Program-made: the position numbers and the translations under genes | The notes under the pieces: generated by a model | What the model was told of the DNA's origin: nothing | The model's database searches: none | The model's input: only the letters and a program-made list of their open reading frames with translations | Assembly (NCBI GenBank): GCA_030704615.1 | Contig: CM060731.1 | Location: forward strand, 73,842,001-73,906,000 | Reading direction: 5' to 3' | Length of the DNA stretch: 64,000 nucleotides | From: Takakia lepidozioides | Taxonomy: Eukaryota > Plantae > Bryophyta | Shown: positions 22,594 to 34,999 of the stretch, one piece after another | Position numbering within the stretch: the stretch's first letter is position 1 | Layout of the letters: the number at the start of each line of letters is the position of its first letter

Positions 22594-25228
22594 ATGGCGG
22601 CCGGGGGAAATGCAGCCAAGCCATCACAAGGGTGGGTAGCTTATGCCGAGCAACTGATGCGTATGGGCTATACCCGGGTGAGGGGGATTCTGGGCTTAGC
22701 TTGCGCTTGCTCCTGCATCTATGCTGTGTCATTGATCCTCATGAGCGGGAATCAATGTTGGAATTTGTCGAACCCTTGTGCGAACAATTCGTGCGGTTTT
22801 GGCAATGCCTCATTATTTTACAACTCCTCTGACACTTCAGTCCAGCATGAAGAACCCTCGAAGGTCGTTGTACCCACGAATCTGTTGCCCGAGTTGCATC
22901 ACCCTAAGAAGGAGGTGCAACCCGCCCTCATGGCTATTGATACGACTACCACTAGTCTCCCGACTACCCCCCTCATGCCTCTTGATATTTCTACCGACAC
23001 TTCCTTCACCAATCGGAAGACTGCTAATCTGTCAAGGATAGTGTTCGGCATAGCTGCTGCGGCTGACATCTGGTCTTGGCGCCAGTATTATGTCAAGATG
23101 TGGTGGAAACCTGAGAAGATGAGGGGGTTTGTATGGTTCGATAAAGCCATGGACTTCGTGGATACGGGTGTGCCCCCGTTCAAGATTTCAGAGAACACTA
23201 CACAATTCAAGTACACCTGCAAAAAGGGGAAGAGGTCTGCAATCCGTATTTCACGAATCGTCTCGGAGACTTTCCGAATGGGGTTGCCAGATGTAGATTG
23301 GTTCGTAATGGGGGACGATGACACTGTGTTTTTCCCAGACAATTTGGTGCGGATGCTGTCTAAGTATGACCCAAGCCAAATGTATTATATTGGGAGCCCG
23401 TCTGAGAGCCATATTCAGAACATCCTGTTTTCTTACAATATGGCCTTTGGCGGAGGTGGATTTGCTATCAGTTATCCACTGGCCAAGGCGCTGGCTAGCA
23501 CGCAAGATGATTGTCTACATAGGTACAATCTCTTCTCGCCGGTGTTGCTGTTATCATAAGAACTTCAAGGCACTAGAAGCACATTCTGAGCATTTTCACA
23601 TTGTTAAATGTTCGGACCTCTCGGGTGTGCCGTGGAATGCGGAATGCTGAACGCGGCAGCTCTTAAACCACCTGCAGACATTGGGAGTGCGTTGGTGATT
23701 CACCATTTTATGACTCGTAACAGTATTCTGCTCTTGGATTAAGGAAAGCTGCCAATTGCATTTGCCAGTGGGGCTCTTTCTATATGACTCTGACTGGAAT
23801 GTGTGGGGATGGAATGTGACAGATACCCACAGTTGTTTGGTAGTGATGATCGTATGCAAGCATGCATGTCAGAGCTGGGGGTCCCCCTCACCAAGGAACC
23901 TGGATTCCATCAGGTGGGAGCTTTTATCCAAACCTCTGAAAAACACTGTCTTCTGTTGGTCAACTGAGGATACCTTCCTTTCTGCTAGCAGATGATGAAG
24001 CATTGCAGAGGTAGGGCTTGATGAAGTTTAGCTTCGAGATGATATGAAACGACAGTACAAAGGCCCTCAAGGTATCCATCTTATGGAAGCCTAACGTGTC
24101 ATCTGGAACATATTAGCCTAAACGAGGCCATCCACTTCAAACGGCAACCAGTCTTCTGGGCTTGAAGAAGAACATACCGTGTGTATGCCGTGATATTGCA
24201 TGGCTCTGGAGAAGACAGACTTCTACATGAGTGTTATTGCTGCAATGCTCCCTCAGAACTGAGGACAATCAAATTATGTTGAAGGAACTCCACCCCGATT
24301 CTTAACTGTGAAGTGTTTATATGCTGGGTTTTGCAGATGGACTTAAATGGAGATGCATCTGGTCTGCTTGCAGCCCACCCAGTGACCCCTGTAATTTCTA
24401 TCCATCACTTGGATATTGTAAACCCAATCTTTCCCAATGTCTCGCGGCTGGATGCCGTATATCACTTGAATAAAGCCATTAAGCTGGACCCAGCAAGCCT
24501 CTTTCAGCAGTCAATCTGCTATGGTCGACGACGTCAGTGGTCTGTCTCAGTTTCATGGGGCTACATAGTTGAAGTCCATAAGGGTTTTGTAACTCCCCGG
24601 GACTTGGAAGTGCCTGCCCGGACTTTTACGTCATGGCATAGGGATTCCAATAAAAATGAGTTCCCCTTCAACACTCGGGAAGACTCCAAGGAGCCATGCA
24701 AGCAACCTACACGGTTCTTCATGCAGTCTGGCAAGTCGCCGAAAGATCCAGAAGGGTGGACAGAGACTATATACAAGAAGGAGGAGAGTGCCCGGAAAAA
24801 GAAGCTCATTTGTGATGAGCAGATGGAGATGGTGACTCGGTTGGATGAAATCCATGTTTGGAAGAAGCCAACAAAAGACTCTTTGTACCAGGTGAGATAC
24901 TCTTCTGTTCCACTACAGGAGTATACCTGTAGGACCTCACCCTGCAGTGCTCACTGTACACCTCCAGATTATCAACTTCAGTTTTAGAACCAAATATAAG
25001 CATAGTCCGTCATGTTGGGATCTGTTCTTTTCCTTTTGTATATCAATGAGAGTCTATCCATCCCAGCCATCCAGCACATAGATGCTAATGCTTGGCTCTA
25101 TGTGTTCCATGTATGTGCAGGCACCTCGAAGATCATGCTGTACGATCCAAAAGTGGAAGAATGAAAGAGTTGACATTCAAATTCGGGATTGTATAGAAGG
25201 TGAAACTCTTATGGCAGGTAGCTTGTAG
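22594..25228 (+). CDS. DUF604 / Fringe-like (GT31-related) glycosyltransferase; exons 22594-23522, 23823-23913, 24337-24891, 25121-25228
   Basis: N-terminal TM segment; motifs IVFGIAA, YVKMWWKP, DWFVMGDDDTVFF (DxD), YYIGSPSE, MAFGGGGFAISYPLA, GSDDRMQAC..ELGVPLTKEPGFHQ, AAHPVTPVISIHHLD, SVSWGY, APRRSCC. GT-AG introns keep the frame. Confidence 0.92.
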
Positions 25229-26937
25229 GCCCATCACCATTTTTGTGAGGACTAAAGAGTCACGTCGAGTTAGGTGTCAGATTACTAAGAAGAGGAGGGC
25301 CAGATCATTCCGGTTGGCACACGAGATTTATATAACGAGTGTCCTGTACAGTTTTTAGCTAGATGAGCAAATTTGACATATGCGGGAATTTCATACATCT
25401 CATAATTCATTTAAATAAAAACTTCTGGAGCTACTACACCTTGTCTTTTGCTGCTAGGTTCTTTTGGTATTGCAATTCTTATGTCATTTCGAGGTAGGAT
25501 TTCTACCTGGATCTGAAGACCTGATAGACCACTGCCTACCTAATGTCATCTGAGAATGTAGAGGTCAGAAGGGATGATAGAGACACCTCCTTCAGGTCGA
25601 AGAGGGCTCGTCCTCTTGAGCTTTTTTGCAATATTTCACCTGATTTAGTCTGCATTATGTCACCTTTGCACTTCATAAAAACAGTAGTGTGGGCAGCCGT
25701 GGAAGTGGCTTGGAAATAGAAAGATATAAGAAAGTCCATGAACCAGCTTTCAATCTGCACAGTTCAATCTGCACAGACTAGGCCTTCAAGGGATTTATTC
25801 TTACTTGAAGAATCAAGACGCAGCGCGGTGACTGCACTAGGGTATTTCCAAAGCTTTCATCTCTCCAGTCCTTGTGAAGGCATGATCCAACCTTGGTTTC
25901 AGCTGGTGGTGTGGCCCAGAGAAGTGGAAAAATTTGTTTGAGCTGCTTCCTTGCAATATGCTGTCCCGGCTAAAGGTGTCATGTGTTTCATCCCATTCTT
26001 GGCTAGCTAACGCCATGTCAGTTGATGTTGCTGCAATCATGGAGACCTTTCTGGATGAGTGTGCTACCTCATCTCATTGACCAATTATTTTCTTGGTCTG
26101 TAACCTCCAGGGCTACAGTCAAGATGAACCCTCTTGTGGCAAAAGGGATGTGTGCTTGGCCAATGATGTGTAGTGTTGCATAATTTCACACTAGGAATTT
26201 CAACAAAAAGAAGTATTTGAATCCCATTTGGCCCTGTGTGCCAACCCAAGCCACTAATTATCTCCATCACCTTATTGGGAAAGGTTAACATTTGTGGAGG
26301 CTGGAATCAGGAGTTCTTCTCTTTCTCCAGGTCTTGGAGATTCCTCTAGAAATTAAACCCACATACACATAATTGGTTATATCATTCTGTGTCTTTCAAA
26401 CCCAATGAAATTTTCGTACCTGGTGAGCTGATGTGCCTTGTATGGAAGCATATGAACCGGTTTGAATTTGTGTCTCTGGAAGTTAGCATTGCAGTGTATA
26501 AGTATTTGCCCATGCAAGCTTGTTGGCCTTGTGTTATTGCCCATGGCATGGCACAATGACTCTGACATGGGTTATAAAGGACAGTCGCCACTGTTGTTCC
26601 ACTTAACACAAGATCGTCCCCCATACCCTCTCGAATTATTCACCTACCCTTTCTTATTTTTGTCAGCCTACCTGCTCCCTAGTTCCTCCCCCATATTCAC
26701 CCAGCTCTCCTCTTATTTGTGTGACTCCTTCACTTATACACACCTACCCCTTCCTCTCTTTCTCAGCAGCATTCATTCTGTACCTTCCAGGGAAAACCTC
26801 CCTCTCTTCCTCCACCTGCGCACCCGGGTCCCTTCCTATTTAACTCTCTTCTATCTTCCCACCTCAGTCTCTACCTTCCTCATCTAGGCAACAATCAATC
26901 TCTCCTCCACCTGCTCACCTGGGTCCCTTCCTATTTA

Positions 26938-27574
26938 CCGTCCCTTATCAACCGTTTAGGCGATAATTAATTCATATTGAAAGTGCCTAACGCGTTTTGG
27001 GAATTTTTCAAATTTTGGCCTAATTGCACGTAAATTATGGGACCAAAGTGCTTAATGCCTAAAATTCCGGCAAGAAACTTTCAAGCATCTTCTCATGTTG
27101 TTTGTAAGGAGATGAAAATTTCATTGAACAAAAATCAATACAAATATATGCATGCGGAAAGAACTTCCTGACAAATCCCAATCTATTTGCGAGAGCTCCA
27201 TGTAACGTCGAAAGGCCCCTGCATGGACTTGACAATGTCATCGTATTCATCCTCCTTGCTAATCACCGCGTACAACAACGAGGTGCATTTTTAGGGTTTG
27301 CACGGAAATGAAGGGTAGCTGGAGCCTGCAAGCTTGGAGGAGATTTGAGCTGGGCCCTCTGGCATGGGACAAGGGGCCATGGGCACTGGGTTTATATTTT
27401 GTACTTTTATTCTTAAGAAAATAAATGTTTTCTCTTCTCATGTGCCTAATTCTAAAAACTGATAGCAGGAAGATGCCTAATGTGAGAAATGGTTTGAGAA
27501 ACGTGCCTAAGCAGTCTGTTTGGTTTTTAATAATTATTAGGCGCAAAAATGCCTAAATGGTTGATAAGGGACGG
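26938..27574. mobile_element. Tc1/mariner-type MITE (637 bp), TA TSD
   Basis: TIRs CCGTCCCTTATCAACCGTTTAGGC and GCCTAAATGGTTGATAAGGGACGG (1 mismatch in 24); TA at 26936-26937 and 27575-27576. Confidence 0.9.
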
Positions 27575-29242
27575 TATCTCTCTTCTATCTTCCCACCTCA
27601 GTCCCTACCTTCCTCATGTAGGCAACAATCACCACCAGGTCAAGTCTCCAGGATCTACCTTCCATATGGCATCTCAATGTGGATATTTTAAGAACATAGC
27701 AGATTTGTATATGGCGTTTCCATGAAGCAATGGGAATGCACCGTCCATTATCTGAAAAGGATTACGTGGGTGAGGACAAAAATTTGAAAAAAGTCTAGAT
27801 GGTAACAAGTCTGATGCCAAAGTTGTACTCATGTGTCACCTCCTCCTCCTCCTTGTTCTGGACTCCATCTCTACTTCTGTTCAATAGGAAGGTAATAGTG
27901 TGTTCAATGGATGCAGATGCTGATTGCTGGCATGACTCAGACTGAATGTTCTCCATAGCTGTTTCAACTGCTGATCTCAAACATGCACAACTAATGTGAA
28001 GAGTGAACACATATTTGCTTTTTCTCTATCTCTTGCTTCTAGTAAGGTCGAAGGTCCCATCACATCAAAGTTGGGCCCAAAACCTTATTGGGTAGGCGAT
28101 AAAATTCCACATTAGGGGGATAGCATCCAAAGTCCAAAACACTTCAACACCCGAGTAACATGCAAGACCAAAGTCCATGAGCAAACAACCACATGAACCA
28201 AGGCAGTTCAACAAGATTGGACCCATCGCTTTGAGACAGACAGGGATCCCATCGGAGATGATTTGATGGTCACAACTTTGTAGCTCTATCATCCTGAGGA
28301 GCTTCTGAATCTTCTGGCTCCTCAGTACATATGTCCGACCCAACCATCAGTATTTAGTGTAAATTGATCAGAGACTGAGCTTGCTCTGCAAACATCAAAG
28401 ATCAGCGAGGATGAACATGTGAGGATATGCATCATGTAACCAAGCGTTTTGTGGTACTAGAAAGACACTTGCTCAGACTTTTTGAGAACATGTTTTGCAG
28501 AGCATTTGGAGTTTACTTCACACATTCATCAACGTTGTGCAAGGAGTCCTTTTGCCAGCAAGTCCCTAAGGGTCAAACGATGAATATGCTAAGTACCGCA
28601 AAACCTTGTATACTCTCAAAAGTCCGGACAAACTTCTCTCAGGTACCACACCACTCCATCACATGTTTATGATAAATGGTTACCTTCTCATGTTCATATT
28701 CACTCCCACTGGCATCTCTCAAGTGTCCAAACAGTGTGAGTGCATTGCAGCTCGACAGTACTGACTGTACTCAACATCCCATTGCTGGTGTTTACACTCT
28801 ATTAAGAAAAAATTCATGGTCAATCTTTCTACAACATAGTCCCACTCCTCCTTGAATAGAAAAGGGTTGGGGACCTCCATGGAAAGTAACAGTAGCACCA
28901 GGGAAAGAATACAGATCACATTTACACAGTCAAGCATGACTTTTGGAGGTGTCTAATGAGTTTAAGGGTGACACCAAGCATAAACAACAGAATGAAGTAG
29001 GATGAGGATCACTGGACTCACAAAGCAGCATGTGGACCAGGGATTTCAAGGGAAGGGAGGAAATGAGAGGAAAATGGTCAGGATGGTAGAATTGCCGACT
29101 GTGTGTGGAGGATTGGCAGAATGGAAATGAGGCATTCCAGGAATCGTCAGTGAAAGGGGCCTTAATAATCTCGGGCAACTGTAGATGAGCTTGCTGGAGC
29201 AGCTGAAGAAAAGACAACTAATAAGAAATGGAGAAAGTTGGT

Positions 29243-31931
29243 CTATAGCTTGAGAGCTGCAATTGACTCAGGCTTGAAATCTACACGAAGATAAAGAATA
29301 CGACGAACTTCGGCAGGAGTGAGCCGCCATGTCATGGGCCCAGAATTCTCTCCCCAGTAGTCCAAAATCTCGGACACCTTCTCCAAGTTCAGGATAGTAG
29401 CCATTTGAGTGAGACGAGCAAACTTGTCACGTACTGTTCGCTGGGTCATGGCTGAAAAGTGGCCAACTAATGTGCGTGCATCGCGATCAAGCTGAAGACC
29501 TCCGAGTTGGTTGAACCTCTTCTGTGTCATGGTCACCTCCAATCGCTTCACCAGAGTACCAATCACCAAGTGCACCAAAGAGTCGTAGTTGTTGGTCGTC
29601 AGGAGAGACTGCAGCCAGGTGACATTCATATCAACAGCATGCAGTAGCTTTTGCACCCATGGGTCGCTCACCTCGTTCTCCGCATATTGTGATTCTGTTA
29701 GCTCGTAGCTCACCATCCCCACCTACAAAAATTGAGACAGCATATGTGACATGCTTCAAGAACAGTCCTTTCCATAAAAGGAGACAGATTGTGTGTGAAA
29801 TAGTCATCTGACAAGAGCAGGACGCCCACTTTGGATGCTATGGTCATCTGTGGGGAGAAGAGAAGAACGGCACCATCCTGAAAAGGGCAGATTGGAAACT
29901 TACTACATCCAGTAGGTTGCGTAGCCTGGGAGTAATGCTGTTGGCCAGCTGCTCCAACCCTTGATTGCCCACTTGTTTGAAGCCGTTGCTCGTCTCCCCT
30001 AGTTCAGTTAGACACGACTTTACCTTCTCCCTTTCCCCAGGCCCTGTGAACATCTGCTATCACATGAACAGTCTTAGCTCTTGTTCATCATGTCCGACGT
30101 GCAACTCTCACCTTTCAAAATAGCTCCCATTGTGAAATAACAGGGGAAAGTAACCTGATGACCTAAAAGGTGTGGAATCTCCAAGTCAAGCTCAAGGCAC
30201 TTTACAGCTGTAAGATTGGATCAAGTTTGTTATGAAACATCTAGTGACAAAAATCCCACAGCGAAGACAGAAAGCAGAGGGGACACGTGCATGTCTCACC
30301 TCAGAACAGTGTTCTTCAATGTCATGTTTGAGTTTCACCACATATTCCGCACTAACATCAACATTGTTGAGGGCTGTGGCTACCTCAATACCTGTCTTTG
30401 ACACCCCCACTCCTCCAAGTTTCACAGTCAAAGTAGGCTCCCGAATCTTTCTCTGCAAGGCCTCCTTGAACTCGTTATTCAACAGATTGTTGGCATGATT
30501 GAGGACTGGCAGCACAGATTGCATATTAGAAGTAGAGATGGCTCTTCTTGAGCAACTCTGAAGAACGTAGAACACATCATCCACCATTGAAGTGGTCATC
30601 CCATCCACAACAACTTCATCAATTTTGATGGCCTTCTTCACATTCTCCACCATAAAGTACTCCTCCAGAATGATATAATATCCAATTAACTCATGGACAG
30701 ACCGGCCAAAGCTCCCACTCTTGAAAGTATTGGGTGTTCGTGGGCTGAGCTGGGCACCTGCAGATCCTGCCTCCCTCAGCTTCGTGATCATAAAGTGGAA
30801 ATAGTCCTCACTAGTCTGGCTCAGCAACAACATTTCTTCCAAATAGATCTCCATCTCCCGAGGATCAGGACCTTCTGAGCTTCCTACAGATATCATAGTC
30901 TTGTGAGTGGCAATGTCTTTTGTTAATTTTGAAAACTTTCTCTGTTCAAAGTACTTCTTGAGAATAGTGCTCCCTCTTGCATTGCACTCTTCTTGAAGCT
31001 CTTGAATGGCCAACACAACCCCGTCCTCCCCAGCCAAATCTAACAAAAGTTCTTCGTTCTCCTCAACAGCAAATGCAATATCCTTGAAGAGATTGTTCAG
31101 AACTCCCACGAAATCGGCACGCATCTTCACCCCTCCTTGATCCAAGGCTTCCAACAATCCCTCAAATTCATCCCTGGCTCGAAGAGCCACAACTTTTCTT
31201 AAATAACCAACATAAGAACGGACCCCTTCCTCCTGCAATCTGAGTGGGGGGAAAAGCTTGACAAATCGCACAACAGTAGGATGGTCTCGCTCTTCGACCG
31301 CAACTGAGAACTTGTTCCTCATGATACTCTCCAGAGTCTGCTTGGAATCAAGAAGCTGCTTCCTTTGCTCTGTTACTGTTTCTCTGCCTCCCAAACCCAC
31401 AAGACCTCCATTGTCTAATCCAACGCCTCCTACTCTCAAATCTGCCAGAGAGTCATTATACTCCTCGTCCAGCTTCAGGAACGTTTCGACATACTTGGCA
31501 GCTGCCTCATAGTCTTCCGAATCCAAGGCCTGTTTGGCTCCATCAATGCAACTAGTCCGATCTACAATGGCATCTATCCTCGAGAGCGTGGACTGAACAC
31601 GAGATTGAGCCAGATCTAGCTCTCTCACCTTGCCACTCACATGGTCAGCCAGCGCGCAAGTGGACTGGACACTTACCAGCATCTGCTCTGAATCGGACCT
31701 CACGAACTCCAAGACCTCCGCCGATTTGTGGATACTGCTCAGCTTCTTCTCCAGCTCATGCCTCTGCGAGAGGAGAGTCTCAAGCTCACAGTCAATGCTC
31801 CTCTCATACGCAATGCATTCATGCAGAAGCCGTGTCATGGCACCCACGTCAGTGAGGCTGCGGATCTGTTGCAGCATGCCAGGCCCTTGCGGGAGGGCCA
31901 TAGTGGCAACATCCTCCCCTCCTCCCTTCAT
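29243..31931 (-). CDS. COG4: Conserved oligomeric Golgi complex subunit 4; exons 31931-30300, 30053-29904, 29722-29243 (about 753 aa)
   Basis: LTDVGAMTRLLHECIAY, SGKVRELDLAQSRV, TTSMVDDVFYVLQSC, QKRFNQLGGLQLDRDAR, RDKFARLTQMATILNLEKVSEILDYWGENSGPMTWRLTPAEVRRILYLRVDF. Two phase-0 GT-AG introns. Confidence 0.95.
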
Positions 31932-32461
31932 GCTCTTCACACACCATCCCACAACCAACACTCTACACTACACTAAGTTAGGTACACTAGACAGTTGCAC
32001 ACTAGGGTTTCTTCCCCCCTTCTTGGGTTTCTCTGTTTTCTCTCTGTTTACTTAAACTCCAGCCTGATCACCCTGCACAAGGCTCAGGGAAGGGGGAGAA
32101 TACAATACCATACAGAAACTAAACAGCAGGATTTGAGCCCAGAATCACCTGGATGGCTGTAGTGCACCATCCAACCCATATACCCACAACTCTTGTATTT
32201 TTGGTACAGACTAGGGCTACACATTGAGCCGCACTACTAGCGACGACTTTTGAGAACAATGTTCTTTTCTATTGGAAATCTATTTCATTCGAAAAACAAT
32301 AGGAACCATGTAGCTTTTGTGGAGAGTAAAGGGGTGCTGATACAACCCACTTTTAATCCTCCCACATTTCCTACGACAGTAAAAGGTGTTTACCTTCCAA
32401 AGAAAAGGCAGTAGCAACTCAGGGTGAAGTTACACCACGGGTTGTACCAAGCAAATCTTAA

Positions 32462-33492
32462 CCCCTAAAGGAGGAGAGGTGTTTTTGGGTATTTGGACAA
32501 TTCCGGGACCCACCCTCACACGTCAGCTGCTACCAGCTCACCAACGTTCATCCACGTGGATGAACTGTACAAACTGCTTCCTACCTACAAGATGTAGAAG
32601 CCCCCCAAATTTAGGGAGATTCCACCATGTAGTTTGGGAGATTATAACATTTGAAGACGGTGCATTTTTTTGAAAATGGAAAAAACAAAGCAAAAGTTCA
32701 TGTTTGACCAAGCAAATTATCCATGATCCCAAATTATCCTGGGAGAAAAAGTGCTATATTTCTGTGAAGTGCACAATCCCAAACCCTCACACCAAATTTC
32801 ACCCCAATCTGCCAAAATGACAGGGGGGGTGCTTTGTATGTGATTGGAATGGGGTCCAAAAAGAAAATTTGCAAAGGAAATGGTATAGGCCCCATTGGGA
32901 CCCCAAATTCTCCTTCATTTGGGAATTCCAACGGTCAGTCCCTCATAGGCCAAGAACTACACAAGCCTGCCCAAGAATTTCCCGAAAATTCCCTAAATTG
33001 CATTTGGGATGTGGGATTTGGTGAAATTTCCGGCCTCCTCCAGGTCAGGCAATCGGTGGCCGGAATTTCGCCTGAATCCGTCGACATTTTCCGGGCCACG
33101 TCGAGGTTTCCCATTATTTGCCAGGGCTAGCTCATTCGAGCCGTCCCCGTGTTCGTCGGCGTTTTGGGGAGGGCCTCACAAGCAGCCGACTCCAACCCCT
33201 GCATTGCCCCCCGCCGCAAAATCCCACCCGCGTGGCCGCTGCCACCTGCCACGTCGACGGTCAACTGCCGTGCCCCCCCCCCTCCACCCAAAATCATGCA
33301 ATTTCCAAACTTCAAAAAATTCCTGACGGCGGAGTTTTTCTCTGTTGGGGGCGCCATAAAGACCTGCGTGTGCAGCTCGTTCCGCGCTACATTTTTCGTT
33401 CAAGCAACTCGTTCATCAGATTTCATCCATGCATGCTACGGATGGATGAAAAATCGGGCCGACCCGATTCGGGTCAACTCGTCGTTTAGGGG
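32462..33492. mobile_element. piggyBac-type non-autonomous element (1031 bp), TTAA TSD
   Basis: TTAA (32458-32461)-CCCCTAAAGGAGGAG ... CTCGTCGTTTAGGGG-TTAA (33493-33496); TIRs match at 13 of 15 positions. Confidence 0.85.
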
Positions 33493-33728
33493 TTAAAGAA
33501 ACATATTGGTTTCAGACTTGCTAATTCTTTTGTGTATAACTTTCAACCATTAAATATATTTCAACTTTCAAAACATTTCAAAGGTTAGGGTCGTAAGACC
33601 GCCCCTGCTCGTTGCTCTACCTTGGGCATAGCCAACTTGTCTCGAATCCGATCCAGACCATCTTTCTCCGCACCCAGCGTCGCCCTCTATTCTCTTTAGT
33701 CTTATTCATAAACCAACATGTTTCTTAA

Positions 33729-34720
33729 CCCTTAAAGGACGAGGTAACTTTCAGCACTTTTGGGTCAAAACAATATATACTATATACCCTGATGTGCCTA
33801 GCTATGTCTTCCCACCCCCCTCCATCCACATGGTTGAACTGTACAAACTCATCCCTACTGACAACATGAACCCTCTCTCAAAATTTGGGCAGATTTCACC
33901 ATTTTAATTGGGAGATTATAACAAAAAGCAATGACACAATAAAAATTATATCACAAATTTCGTTTGACCAAGGAAATTCTGCAAGTTGCAATTTTTTCTT
34001 CGATGAATGCACTCCACGTTCGCAATTAGGGGCACATAGCATGTCTTCTCTCAAAATTTCAAAATGAAAGATCAAATCCTGGGTGGGGCTGCTTTGTATG
34101 TGAATTTAGGGAGGTAAATTATCCAAATTTTCTCTACTAAGATTGACAATCCTAAAATGTCTCGTGATTTAACTTCAAAGGCGAGGGACTTATTTATTCT
34201 ATTTTTTATGTTATTAGAAAACCGAGATTTTATTTATAGAAAACAAGTGCTAGTGGGAAGGGAGAAGGGTGCATTATTGTCTCCACATTAACCTGACCAC
34301 TAAATCTATCCATGACTGATCTAGCACATCACAATGGATGTCGCTAATCAAGTGAAATGTACATACACTGTATTTTCTGCCTTACACACAAGGCACCATT
34401 GTTAGTTTTGGATTCCAGATACATCTATTGTCAACGTTTAAATTGTTATAAAACGGACCAAATATGAGTCCAATGGGTGGAATCATATGATCCACCTTCA
34501 GTACAGATTGGTTGTGGCAAAGTGGCTTATACGTGGATAGCGACATGGAACTCTTATTTTGCGCAATTCTAGACAGTGCATCAATGTATGAAGGTGACTA
34601 CGTCGGCGCTTTGTGTGGTATGCAAAAACAAGATGAAGTCAAGTTGTGCAATTTGTAATTGATATATGTTCATTGGCTTTTGTTTTGTCAAATTGCATGA
34701 CAATCCTTTGGGTGGTAGCT
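33729..34720 (+). mobile_element. Degenerate piggyBac element: left end plus C-terminal transposase remnant
   Basis: TTAA-CCCTTAAAGGACGAG at 33725-33743; 33820-34110 is homologous to 32545-32850. Translations: MDVANQVKCTYTV..FWIPDTSIVNV*IV..MIHLQYRLVVAKWLI (34334-34530) and HQCMKVTTSALCVVCKNKMKSSCAICN*YMFIGFCFVKLHD (34579-34701). Confidence 0.8.
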
Positions 34721-34999
34721 AGAGAATGACCCAACCTGAACTTCAAATTTTGCTAGACACTTTGATGGAACTCTCAATTTGTATTGAATTTATATCTGTG
34801 ATTTTTAGTGAATGTTTGCATGGAGATTGGATGATGTAATTAATATTTCAAAGTCAAAAGCATTCAGTTATAACAAAGAGAATATATTACCGAACTTATA
34901 ATATCTAAACTTATTATAATATCTGATCTAGTTACATGTGCTAGATATACAACCATCATCTTGGAAGACTTTGATAAAATATACCAGTTTATTTGGATC

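Noticed and set aside
32232-32245. CACTACTAG as the left terminus of the En/Spm-like element
   Set aside because: No matching inverted end or 3-bp TSD was found downstream.
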